Source of the DNA: Octopus vulgaris
Lineage: Eukaryota
DNA: 64,000 nt
Assembly: GCA_951406725.2 (NCBI GenBank)
Contig: OX597824.1
Location: forward strand, 84,010,001-84,074,000
Reading direction: 5' to 3'
Notes under the pieces: model-generated
Seen by the model: only the letters and a program-made list of their open reading frames with translations
Database searches by the model: none
Told to the model about the DNA's origin: nothing
Made by a program: the position numbers and the translations under genes
Shown here: piece by piece, positions 14,801-26,690 of the stretch
How the letters are laid out: every line of letters begins with the position of its first letter
Position numbering within the stretch: the stretch's first letter is position 1

Positions 14801-14831
<31 letters not shown>

Positions 14832-14832
14832 G

Positions 14833-14909
<77 letters not shown>

Positions 14910-14955
14910 TCATCATCATCATCATCACCATTGTTGTTGTCATCACCATCATCAT
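14513..14955. repeat. (TA)n-rich tract with (CAT)n end
   Basis: Directly visible. Confidence 0.95.
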
Positions 14956-15099
14956 TTTTGAGATTTGCATTTCCCATTCTTTTTGGGGTTCAACGAAATT
15001 CATTGAGACTACACAATATATATTCTTGAGCGAGAGATATGCATGAAATGACATCTATTATTGATCATGCATTGTCACTGCACATTTCGTGTGCAGCTT

Positions 15100-15725
15100 A
15101 GGATAAACAATGGAAAAATCTTTAATCTGTCATTGAATAAAGAAATCTTCGATAATGCAGCTTCATAATACAATGACACACTGGAAGATAGTGGACTAAA
15201 AGATGAAATTACATATATATTTATCACGCAGCCAAAAATAAAAAGAAACATTGTAGCATTATCCAGTTTACGCTTTTTTTCTTAAATACTAAGTTTGGTA
15301 TTGGTAAAATCTTTCTGGCCTTAATAATTGTGCATTTCCCAATAAATCATTCATGCACAAGCAGAAATAATCTGAAACTGAATTACAGCTGTACTATCAC
15401 ACTATGAATAACTTAATAATTTGCAAATCAACAACTAACCTTATTGAAATTTTATTAAACTAACCTTACATGCAGAAATGTAGACACAAGCTCCTTAGGC
15501 ATTCAATTCCGATGCAATTATATATGAGACAGAAGTCACATTCACCAAACCATATCATTATGCATTAAACCCTGTAAGTATGTTGGAAGGTAGATTTAAA
15601 CAATGATACATAATTTGTCTTCCTTCAGTAATGCAACACAGCTAGCTAAGTATGTTTGGGATTTGAAAGAACATGCTGCTACTTTCAGTATCAAGCGGAA
15701 GATCATTGAGAGATGCAGGCTACAC
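15100..15725 (+). mobile_element. Degenerate Penelope-like retroelement (RT C-terminus, linker and GIY-YIG endonuclease)
   Basis: Manual translation with stops and frameshifts: NLSLNKEIFDNAAS*YNDTLEDSG; IGKIFLALIIVHFP; RNNLKLNYSC; TCRNVD; AIIYETEVT; EGRFKQ*Y; NATQLAKYVWDLKE..FSIKRKIIER. These are collinear with Penelope-like ORF motifs (LSSNKEIF..AAP.Y..AL..SG; IGK.FL.LI.KHFP; NRN..K.SYSC; CNCR; FK.RY..H; T.LSKY.W.LK). Confidence 0.85.
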
Positions 15726-15753
15726 AGAAACAATGCAAAAAAGTTATAGGTTA

Positions 15754-15801
15754 CATACAGCTGAAGAGCATGACATATTTTGAAACCCTAATAAGTCTGT
15801 A
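15754..15801 (+). ncRNA. Degenerate hammerhead-like motif just 3' of the Penelope ORF remnant
   Basis: (CA)TACAG-CTGAAGA-gcatgacatatttt-GAAAC..GTC-TGTA. Stem II is decayed; the position fits a Penelope pseudo-LTR. Confidence 0.45.
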
Positions 15802-16304
15802 TGGAGGCGTGGGGCTTAGTGGTTAGGCTGTCAGCATCATGATTGTAAGATTGTGGTTTCGATTCCTGGACCGGGCGACACGTTATGTTCTTGAGCAAAA
15901 CACTTCATTCCACGTTGCTCCAGTCCACTCAGCTGGCAAAAATGAGTAACGCTGTGATGGATTGGTGTCCCGTACAGCTGGGGAACACATGCACCATGGA
16001 AACTGGGCCCATGAGCCTGGCTAGGCTTTAAAAGGGCGCATTTATTAGTAGAGGTATGTGACTTAGTGGTTAGGGTGTCAGCATCATGATCGTAAGATTG
16101 TGGTTTCGATTCCTGGACTGGACGACGCGTTGTGTTCTTGAGCAAAACACTTCATTTCACGTTGCTCCAGTCCACTCAGCTGGCAAAAATAAGTAATGCT
16201 GTGATGGACTGGCGTCCTGTCCAGCTGGGGAACACATACGCCATGGAAACCGGGCCCATGAGCCTGGCTAGGCTTTAAAAGGGCACATATATTTTTTATT
16301 ATAT
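15802..16304 (+). mobile_element. Head-to-tail pair of SINE family D inside one TSD. Related copies approx. 8205-8445, 9910-10125(-), 18320-18470, 46190-46530(-), 54615-54950(-), 57025-57367
   Basis: Two units of about 245 bp (gcttagtggttagg.tgtcagcatcatgat.gtaagattgtggtttcgattcctggac...ggctttaaaagggc); taataagtctgta at 15789-15801 and 16305-16317. Confidence 0.85.
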
Positions 16305-16600
16305 TAATAAGTCTGTAGACTGTTTAAATGTCAGATCAAAGTTTTTCAACAGGTGTCACCACTCCAGTGGATACCTCTTGAAATACTGGAAGATTACAAC
16401 CAGTACCCGTTGGAACAAACCAATACTCTAATAGGAAGATTCACACTCATTCTATTTTCTCCACAGTTTTAATAGATACTTCTGAATTCCCTGTACTTTA
16501 TGACAATATATTCATTAACACCTTATAACTTTCAACTAGTAGCTGCTGTTGTTGTTTTTGTAGTTGCTGTTGTTATGTTTTATCCTATTCTATCTTCCAG

Positions 16601-16786
16601 GAGTTGCCGCTAAGTCAGCTGCCAGAGGTCTTTGGAATGCATGAAAATGTTGACATCACTCGAGAGCTGCATGAAACTCAGCAGTTGTTTGAATCCTTCT
16701 TGCTTACCATTGGACGAAAAGAGGGTGGAGGCTCAGGAAGTTCAGTTGACACTCTCAGTGACATTGCTACAGATATCTTGGCCAAG
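16601..16786 (+). CDS. DNAH12: Axonemal dynein heavy chain (DNAH12-like), first visible exon (region C-terminal of AAA6)
   Basis: Acceptor ttccAG ends at 16600; donor AAG|GTttgt at 16787; 62 codons ELPLSQLPEVFGMHENVDITRELHETQQLFESFLLT...DIATDILAK. P-E-V-F-G-x-H-x-N is a dynein HC motif; HENVDI matches DNAH12 as I recall it. Paralogue assignment (versus DNAH3/7) is from memory. Confidence 0.9.
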
Positions 16787-19261
16787 GTTTGTTATTTATT
16801 TTCTCTTAATTTACTCCTTCAATAATATCTTAACTTAAGGTTAAGGTAGCAGTAGAGTGTGATGGAGGTGATAGTGGACCATGCTTAAGTCAGTAGTGGA
16901 CTGTGGTTAAAATAGTGGCAGATTGTCATTAAGGCAGTGGTGTGGTAAGTAGCTTGCTAACCAACCACATGGTTCCGGGTTCAGTCCCACTGCGTGGCAT
17001 CTTGGGCAAGTGTCTTCTGCTATAGCCCCAGGCCGACCAATGCCTTGTGAGTGGATTTGGTAGACGGAAACTGAAAGAAGCCTGTCGTATATATGTATGT
17101 GTGTGTTTGTCCCCCTAGCATTGCTTAACAACCGATGCTGAGGGCTGAGACTGACAATGAGCTGGAAATAACTACAGAATGCAATGGTAGAAGAATGTAT
17201 GCTTGGCTTTAAATGAATGCATGCATGTATTTTGAAATGTTTTCTATACTAGGAAAGAGAGTACAGCAAAGAATTTGGATCCTTACAGAATGAAAGTGTT
17301 CATGTGAAAACAGATAACAAAAATCATAGCTGCAAGATAACAGTTCAAAAGGCATGCATTAGGGTATGCAGATGAGAATAGTAGATAAAAACACCATGCA
17401 ATCTATGGCTTTAGCTTTTTATGAAGCTTTACATGTGTTACTTTGTGTTCAACGTATACTTTACATGGGGAAAATTTTTATAAAAAGAATGAACAACATA
17501 GGTGTAGGAGTAGCTGTGTGGTAAGTTGCTTGCTTACGAACCACATGCTTCCGGGTTCAGTCCCACTGCGTGGCACCTTGCACAAGTGTCTTCTACTATA
17601 GCCTCGGGCCAACCAAAGCCTTGTGAGTGGATTTGGTAGATGGAAACTGAAAGAAACCCATTGTATATATGTGTGTGTGTATATGTATATATATATATAT
17701 ATATGTGTGTGTTTGTGTGTCTGTGTTTGTCCCCCTAACATCGCTTGACAACCGATGCTGGTGTGTTTACATCCCCTTAACTTAGTGGTTTGGCAAAAGA
17801 GACCAATAGAATAAGTACTAGGCTTACACAGAATAAGTCCTGGGGTCGATTTGCTCGACTAAAGGTGGTGCTCCAGTATGTGATATTTGGTGGCATTAAA
17901 AAGCACACAGTCCACACTGTAAAGTGGTTGGTGTTAGGAAGGGTATCCAGCTGTAAAAACCTTGCCAAAACTGACCTCACCTATGCTTGTGCCACAGAAA
18001 AAGCACTCAGTCCACTCTGCCGCGTGGTTGGTGTTAGGAAGGGCATCCAGCTGTAAAAATCCTGCCAAAGCAGTCACAGAAGTTTGATGCAGGCTTCTGC
18101 CTGGTCAGCTCTTCTGAAACTGTCCCACTCATGCTAGCATGGAAGGCATCCATGAAATGATGAACGAAACGATTTGGGGGTTCACATTGCCAACCCCCTT
18201 CAAGGAGGGACTACACCTGAGGTCAAGAATCATTGTTGTATGTGTTAATGATATTTTTATATTATTCTGTTTTGTGCAAGCCTTGTGCCAAAATTTGAAA
18301 CCACTATTTTATGTCTAGTGGAGGTGCATGGCTTAGTGGTTAGGGTGTTGGATTCATGATCATGAGTTTGTGGTTTCGATTCCTGGATCGGGCGATGCAT
18401 TATGTTCTTGTCGCTCACTTCATGTCACTTCATGTCGCTCCAGTCCACTCAGCTGTAGAAATGAGTTTAGCCTGGAGAGGGATGGGCTCTGACAGGCCTT
18501 CTTGCCCTAGATACGCTGCATGGCTGCAGCACCCCAGTGACCCCAGAAGGGCTAAGGGATTTTTCAGTTGTCAATTTTATGTCTGGTATCTTAATCTCAT
18601 CATGTTTATAGCTACACACACATATACACATATATAAAGAGGTAGACAATTGTCTTGAGATACTTGGCCACCTATGCTATAATTCAAAGATCATGCAGCT
18701 GTGTAGCTAATCAAACAATCTGAAATATTTATCACCAAAAACTGATATAGGATCCATTCTGCTAGGGTTGACCCCTCTCACCCTCCTTTAATAAAAGGCA
18801 AACCGGAATCATCTCCATCTCTAAGAGTAAGTCTGACCTGAAGAAACTGACCAGAAACAATAAATTCTAATGAGAAGGTTGTTTGTCCAATTCCGTTATT
18901 TACTTTTACCGAAAATAACTCCTGCTTCTCTTTGAACGCCGTAGTAAGTTCTTGAAATAATCAGATTAAAAGCTTCCAGTTTGGACAGAATTTGTCAGAA
19001 CGACTGGACGGCTTAACTTTGATAGAGAGGGTGGGGGGAGGAAAATGGGGTGTGGGGTGGAGGGGATAAGTCTATTTACTTACCGCTGGGATATAGAGAA
19101 CATGGGGGTGGGGAGAGTGTGTGTGTGTGTGTGTGTGCATATGTGAGAATTTGTGAGTGAAATGGTATGTATGTGGATGAGACACAGTGAAAGTGTGTAA
19201 ATGTATGTGGGAGAGAGAGAGAGTAAGGAGAGTGGGGAGTACATACATTTGAGTGGGTGTA

Positions 19262-19295
<34 letters not shown>

Positions 19296-19882
19296 GTGGT
19301 CAGTGGAGATATTCAATGTACAACTTGCCTTTGTACTTTAGTTTTTGGAAACTAATTCTTGATTTCTTTATTGTTTGTCTGGCCTTTCTTTCTGGAGTTA
19401 TGGTCAGCAATCCTAATAAACACCAAAATGCATTTATATATGTACACACATAGCTATAGTGTTTAATATTTGTGCCTATTGACCTTTACCGTGTGGTCAG
19501 CAATGTCAAGATGTTAATAAGATATATGTGTGTGTGTGTACTATATATATGTATGTATCATCACCATCATCGTCATTTAATGTCCATTTCCCATGCTGGC
19601 ATGGGTTAGATAACTTGACAGGAACTGGTAAAGGCAGGGGAAGACACCAGTTTCTATGGTCCATTTTGGTTTGGTTTCTATGGCTGGATGCCTACCACTC
19701 CACAGAGTGACACCATTTTGATATGGCACCACCAACCCACCGTTAGCAACACTTTTTACAAGTCACCTTGGTTTTAGGATCTCAATTCTGTTGTGGTGAT
19801 ATGTGTATATGTATATGTATATATATGTGTCTGTGTTTTTACTCTTTATCTTATATTAAAGTGTTTTTACTTGTTATCTTTA

Positions 19883-19940
<58 letters not shown>

Positions 19941-20356
19941 TATATATCAATGCTCTACTAGTGGCTTGTCCCTTTAATTGTCAGCTAAAATCTTGATTTA
20001 AGATTTCCTTTGCCAAATCTTATTATATTGTTTCAAATTAATCTTGATAGTTTTATGGCTATTCCTACTATGATTCCTGTCAACTCCCTCATCCCCCTTC
20101 CTAACAGACACTGCTCCTTGTTCTTTGGCCTTAGATTTTGATATACAAAGATTTGATAAACAAGACTATCAATTAAAACTGACTCCAGAAAACAGTGACA
20201 AGTTAGATCTCTAATAAGTCTTTCTTCCTGATACCTTAGTAGCTTCTAAGCTGAAGTGAAAACAGCATGTTCTTTGTCTATCTCCTTACCTTCTTGGAGG
20301 TTTTAGGTAAAATTATACTAATGTGTCCGTCTGTTTTAATTTAACTCTGTGTCTTT

Positions 20357-20444
20357 ATGCAGCTGAGGATTGCTCTGCATTTAAATTGATGTAATGATTG
20401 CATTGTTCAATTAAATGGAGTTGCTTGAAACAATCGTACTGCAT
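20357..20444 (+). ncRNA. Type I hammerhead ribozyme-like motif (stem II base degenerate)
   Basis: ATGCAG-CTGAGGA (20363-69)-long imperfect stem II (ctctgcatttaaattga / tcaattaaatggag)-GAAA (20427-30)-C-AATC-G-TA^-CTGCAT. Stem I is a perfect 6 bp. Confidence 0.7.
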
Positions 20445-20474
20445 TACCTCTGGATAACCTTATTGCTTATTTTG

Positions 20475-20528
<54 letters not shown>

Positions 20529-20670
20529 CACACACACATATATATAAAAGGGTTGAATGTGAATTTGTCCCTTAATTGGAGTAGTTTCCAAAAGATTTCT
20601 AACGTTGTTTCTTCTCCCTTTACTTTAATTTACTGGTGTAAATTAGAAAAGATATGAAAATTTACATAAG

Positions 20671-21199
20671 TATATTAAGTATATGAATTAACTTAGAAAA
20701 CAAAGATCAACAAATTCAATCCTATTTTTCGTAAATAAAGGAGATCAGATGTTGATATGGAATGAAATTATTTTTATTCATGTAGCTATACAGAAAGACA
20801 ATAAATTCATTTTAAGAATCATGGTTGTCAAAAAATATTCGTGAGTAGCAAAAATTAAGGAAATCCAAAAAAAGAAAGAGAAAAGCTAAAAAGACATCAT
20901 GTCTATTTAAAGACATGACTCTAAGAACAATTACACATTACAAACACCATACCTATGTAATTCTAATGCCTTTTTAGCTTTTTTTTTTTTTACTTTCTGT
21001 AGTTTTTGCTACTGATGAATACCTTTTGACAACCCAGATTCTTAAAATGAATATTTATTGTCTTCCTGTATGAAACGATCATAAAGCTAATGAATAAAAA
21101 TAATTTCAATCCATATTAACATCTAATCTCCTCCTTTACAAAAAATATGATTGAATTTGTTGAATTTTGTTCTATAAGTTAAATCATATACTTCATATA
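20671..21199. repeat. About 530-bp imperfect foldback (palindromic element)
   Basis: Arms are complementary throughout, e.g. attcattttaagaatc (20805-20820) / gattcttaaaatgaat (21037-21052); centre near 20928. Confidence 0.85.
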
Positions 21200-22778
21200 T
21201 ATATATATATATAGCCAGTACCGCATCGACTGGCCTCCGTGCTGTGGGCATGTAACAAACACCATCCGAGCGTGGCCGTCTGCCAGCCTTGTCTGGCACC
21301 TGTGTCTGTGGCACATAAAATCACCCACTACACTCTCGGAGTGGTTGGCGTTAGGAAGGGCATCCAGCTGTAGAAATACTGCCAGATCCGACTGGCCTGG
21401 TGCAGCCTTCGGGCTCCCCAGACCCCAGTTGAACCGTCCAACCCATGCTGGCATGGAAAGCAGACGTTAAACGATGGTGATAATGATATATATATATCTA
21501 TACACACACACACAAAGAAAGAGAGGTACGTTGATATTTACATAGACAGACTGAAAGACAAATGTACAAATAAAAGGAAAGAGCATTCAACACAATAAAT
21601 ATTTGTATTAACAGGCTGACTCTCAGATTTGCATTACTAAAAGTTTTACAGATATAAAAGCCATGTCCGATCATTCCGACACTTTGACACTGAGTGATGA
21701 GGCGGTTACAGACTCTGAATAAGGCTGATTGGCATTAGATGATATGTAAAGCTTATTCTTAGTCATTTTAGTTTATGCTGTAGGCGTAGGAGTGGCTGTG
21801 TGGTAAGTAGCTTGCTTACCAACTACATGGTTTCGGGTTCAGTCCCAATGTGCGGCACATTGGGCAAGTGTTTTCTACTATAGCATCAGGCCAACCAAAG
21901 CCTTGTGAGTGGATTTTGTAGACAGAAACTGAATGAAGCCCATCGTATATATGTATATATATGTGTGTATGTTTGTGTGTCAGTGTTTGTCCCCCACCCC
22001 AACATCGTTTGACAACCGATGCTGGTGTGTTTACATCCCCGTAACTTAGCAGTTCGGCAAAAGAGACCGATAGATTAAGTACTAGGCTTACAAAGAATAA
22101 GTCCTGGGGTCGATTTGCTCAACTAAAGGCGGTGCTCCAGCAGGGCCGCGGTCAAATGACTGAAACAACTAAAAGAGTAAAGACATTCAGCCAAAGGCTT
22201 CAAGAGATTGTTTACTCAGTATACGTACAGTTTTAGATATAGAGATAAAAATTCAGCATCTCTGCAATGTTCCATCAGGAGATTCCTGATCCAAGGGAAT
22301 AATCTGTACAGTATAATCTGGAATATTCTCACCAAGGCTCTTCCATACTCACTTATGACTATCTTTCTACTCACCCCATTGTTTTCTGCTCTTATGGCCA
22401 ACAAGAGATGTTATAACTGTTGTTGTTGCTGTTATTGTTTTGTTGCTATTTGTGCTGCTGCTGTTGTTTTTGTTGTTATAAGTTTTATATAAGATATAAA
22501 ATATTTAGCTGTGTTTTGGGAGGGTCATTATGCAATAATGAACACTTGCACTGGTTCTATTTCACTTGTTTATTATTCAATTGTCAACTATTCTTTATCT
22601 TTTCTTTTACTTGTTTCAATCATTAGACTGTGGCTTTGCTGGCAAACAGCCTTGAAGAATTTTCTGTCAACTGTATTGACCCCAAAACTAGTTTTGTAAA
22701 TCCTGGTTCTTACTCTATTGGTCACTTTCGTCGAACCACAAATGTATGGGGGCATAAACACACCAACACCAGTTGTCA

Positions 22779-23080
22779 AGGAGGAATTACAACCGTGTTT
22801 CGTGGTCTGCTACCACAACAGCTCCTTTATAGGATCCAGTTAGCTCAAGATATCATCAGGAGGAACCACGTCCGGTTTCGGCCCCTACTCCTCTACCAGT
22901 TTGACATGGCGCCCCCCCCCCCTTTCGGAGGTGTCTTCAGTTCTGGTGTTGGGTGCATGTCTTCTTTCTTCTGTTCCCTGGCCTCTTCGATGTATCGTCA
23001 ACGAGTGTCAGCCGGTTACTGACTGACTTGTCAAATTTTTTCCCTTTAAATACCTTTATATCCAGCAGGCAGCCCCAGCA
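22779..23080. mobile_element. Unclassified 302-bp GC-richer insertion in a family B SINE
   Basis: agttgtca is duplicated at 22771-22778 and 23081-23088; the host SINE resumes after the insertion. Confidence 0.7.
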
Positions 23081-23615
23081 AGTTGTCACGTGGTGGAGAA
23101 CAAACGCAGACACAAAGACACACACACACACACGTATATGATGGGCTTCTTTCAGTTTCTGTCTACCAAATCCACTCACAAGGCTTTGATCTGCCTGGGG
23201 CTATTGTAGAATGCACTTGCCCAAGGTGCCATGCAGTGGGACTGAACCAAACACGTGGTTGGGAGGCAAGCTTTTTACCATACAACCACACCTGCATCTA
23301 TAGTTAATTAGTTAACCATTTAACCAATTAGCTTATCAATTGCGTGATTAATCATTTAGTAAATCAATCAATCAGTGAATCAGCTAAGCTCATCAGAGTC
23401 CTTTCATTGCCATTGACAACCACATTAGTAACATGCCCTCTTTGCTCCAGATTGTAACTGATTAGTTGACTGATTGATTAATCAAATAATCAGTTAGTTA
23501 ATTAGTTAAATAATGATTTGATATTTTGGATCAAGGCCAGTAGTTTCATGAGGAGAGAGTAAGTTGGTTACACCATCGACCCCAGTACTCAACTGGTACT
23601 TATTTTATCAACCCT

Positions 23616-24009
23616 AAGGCGGCGAGCTGGCAGAATCATTAACACGCCAGGCGAAATGCTTATCGGTATTTTGTCAGCCGCTACGTTCTGAGTTCAAATT
23701 CTGCCAAGGTTGACTTTTCCTTTCATTCTTTCGGGGTCGATAAATTAAGTACCAGTTACGCACTGGGGTCGATATAATCGACTTAATCCGTTTGTCTGTC
23801 CTTATTTGTTCTCTCTGTGTTTAGCCCCTTGTGGGTAGTAAAGAAATAGGTATTTTGTCAGCCGCTACGTTCTGAGTTCAAATTCCGCCGAGGTTAACTT
23901 TTCCTTTCATCCTTTTCGGGGTCGATTAAATAAGTACCAGTTACACACTGGGGTCGTTTGTCCTTGTTTGTCCCTTCTATGTTTAGCCTCCTGTGGGCAA
24001 TAAAGAAAT
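23616..24009 (+). mobile_element. Same SINE family as a dimer, nested in an oppositely oriented copy
   Basis: Head aaggcggcgagctggcagaa; ggtattttgtcagccgctacg at 23665 and 23849 (184 bp apart); flanked by tattttat(c/g)aaccc. Confidence 0.88.
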
Positions 24010-25132
24010 GAATATTTTATGAACCCCGAAAGGATGAAAGGCAAAGTGGACCTCGGTGGAAAGAAAACTCAGAACATAAAGTGCTTGAAGACATGCCACT
24101 AAGCATTTAGTCTGATGCATTTGTGATTCTTCCACCTCGTTGCCTTAACCCTTTAGAAATTAAACCAGCCATATTCAGTCCAAATATTCTATTCGTCTCG
24201 ACATTCAAACTAGCTATGTGTAGTCTCTCATTCCTACCCAACCATCATCATCGTTTAACATCTGTTTCCCATGCTGGCATGGGTTTGACTGGGGACTGGC
24301 AAGCCAGGAGGCTGCACCAGGCTCCAATCTATCTGGCAAGGTTTCTATAACTGCCCTTCCTAATGCAAACCACTCTGAGAATATAGTGGATGCTTTTTAT
24401 GTGCCACCAGCACAGGAGCCAGTCAGGCGTCACTGGCATCGGCCACATTCGGATGGTGCTTTTTACATGCTACTGCCACAGAAGCCAATCAGAGTGGTGA
24501 GGGGCTGGCATCAACCACATTCAGATGGTGCTATTGGTCTACTCTATTGGTCTCTTTTGTTGAACCACAAATGTATGGGGGCATAAACACACCAACACCA
24601 GCATAGCGAGCCAGTCAGGTGGCACTGGCATCGACCCACACATGAATGGTGCTTATTGCATTCCACCAGCACGGGAGCCAGTCAGGTGGCACTGGCTTCG
24701 GCCACAACTACAATTTCCATTTTGATTCCAATTTGATTGAGATTCTGAAACAATCACCTCATTGAAACCTCAAAGCTATAAGAGAATGCATGATTATTAC
24801 AAAACAATATGAATAAACAAGCATTACATTTAGCAGAGTAATCTGAATGCTAAAAGGTTAAATAAAGAAGTGAAATTTAATCAGTGCATGTATTCATTGG
24901 TATGATGACCTTCCCAAGATACAATAAAATAGTTTGAACAGACAAGTTCATATCAAGAATCTTGCCAAATACAGAGATGTAAAAGATAGGTTTTAATAAT
25001 TTTATTTTGCAGACAAATTTACTATATAACTTTTATTTATTTTTTTTTTTTATCAATTTTCAGAGATTTTTCTATTGGTTTCTGCTTGATACGTTTAAAT
25101 ATCACATTAACAGATTTCATTGATAATTTCAG

Positions 25133-25236
25133 TTGCCCCAAAACTACAACATCGAAGAAGGTATAAAGAAATATCCTGTTGTCTACCAAGAAAGTATGAA
25201 TACCGTTCTTGTACAAGAGATGGAAAGATTCAATAA
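25133..25236 (+). CDS. DNAH12: DNAH12-like exon
   Basis: Not in the ORF track. tttcAG|TTG...AAT AA|GTatgt; [34 protein letters not shown] contains the ESMNTVLxQE..RFN motif. Its phase-2 end joins the first G of the next exon (AAG, Lys). Confidence 0.92.
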
Positions 25237-25392
25237 GTATGTTTGAGCACGTGAAACCATTGTTATATTTACTAAAATATTAATAATCAACAGCGTAAAG
25301 CGACTAAAAGATAACATCTCTGTCTCTGTTGCCTTCACTATCATTTCACTCCTACTTCCTTCGAAAAATGTTAGATTAGATTTTATATAGAC

Positions 25393-25430
<38 letters not shown>

Positions 25431-26220
25431 TATACATACGTGTGTGTGTGTGTGTGTATATATATATGTATATATAAATACACACTCTAGAAAAAATTTT
25501 ATTTCAGATTATGCATACATTTCTATTACTAAATTATATATTGCTTTGCATAGAAAGATACAAACATACATACATACATACATACATACAAACATACATA
25601 CATACATACATACATACATACATACATACATACATACATACATACATACATACATACATACATACATACAACTATATGCATGAGAATACATACATACATA
25701 CATACAAAAATACCCTGTTGTTGATGTTGAAATTCCAAAAAAGGAGCCTTGGATCTAGGTTAAAAACCAGTTCTTTCTTTATTGGCAAGAAATTTTGAAA
25801 TAAACTGAATAATGGCATACATACATACATGTGTGTGTGTGTATGTATTTTTATATTAAAGCACATGGCTCAGTGGTTAGAGCATCAGATTACACTCATG
25901 TGGTAGTGAGTTTGATAAACACATGCACTGATTAAATTTCACTTCTTTATTTAAGACAAGGTGGAGAGAATCATTAATGCATCAGGCTAAATGCGCAGTG
26001 GAATTTCTTCTAGCATTTTATGTTCCCAGTTTCCTTTCCACTGAGGATCGCTTTGCCTTTCATTCTTTTGGAATTGATGAAACAAGTACCAGCTACACAC
26101 TGGGGTTGATGTAATCAAGTTACGCCCTCCCTTCCCACCTCTCGCAATTGGTTTAGTAACAGTGAAAAAGAAAAAAAGAAGAATGACGGTAAAAGTGTCA
26201 GAGTCTCTCTGTAAAGATAT

Positions 26221-26690
26221 CATCACCATCATCATCATCCGTTAACGTCCGCTTTCCATGCTAGCATAGGTTGGACGATTTGACTGAGGAGTGGTGAACC
26301 AATGGCTGCGCCAGGCTCCAATCTTGATCTGACAGAGTTTCTACAGCCAGATGCCCTTCCTAACGCCAACCACTCTGAGAGTGTAGTGGGTGTTTTTACG
26401 TGCCACCGGCATGAGGGCCAGTCTGGCGTTACTGGCAACGGCCACGCTGAAAATGGTGTTTTTTACATGCCACCTAGCCACAGGAGTCAGTCCAGCGGCA
26501 CTGGCAACGACCTCGCTCGAATGTTTTGTTCATGTGCCACTGGCACAAGTGCCAGTAAGGCAACGCTGGTAGGATCACGCTCAGATGGTGCTTTTTACGT
26601 GCCCACCAGCACGGAAGCCAGACAACTGCTCTGGCAGTGATCCCGCTCGGATGGATCTGTTAGCACTCCACTGGCACGAGTGCCTGTCAT
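26221..26690 (-). mobile_element. Repeat family C, retroposon with (GAT)n tail and internal gtgccac subrepeats. Other copies approx. 2965-3160, 13440-13705, 21215-21487, 24243-24720, 31340-31920, 37855-38230, 42340-42520, 45500-45850, 50916-51222, 58660-59030, 62635-62815
   Basis: Conserved block gagtggttggcgttaggaagggcatccagctgtagaaa...gtccaacccatgctagcatggaaagcggacgttaaacgatgatgat occurs in both orientations. Confidence 0.85.

Noticed and set aside
18838-18865. CTGAAGA-aactgacca-GAAAC
   Set aside because: No stem II or stem I pairing.
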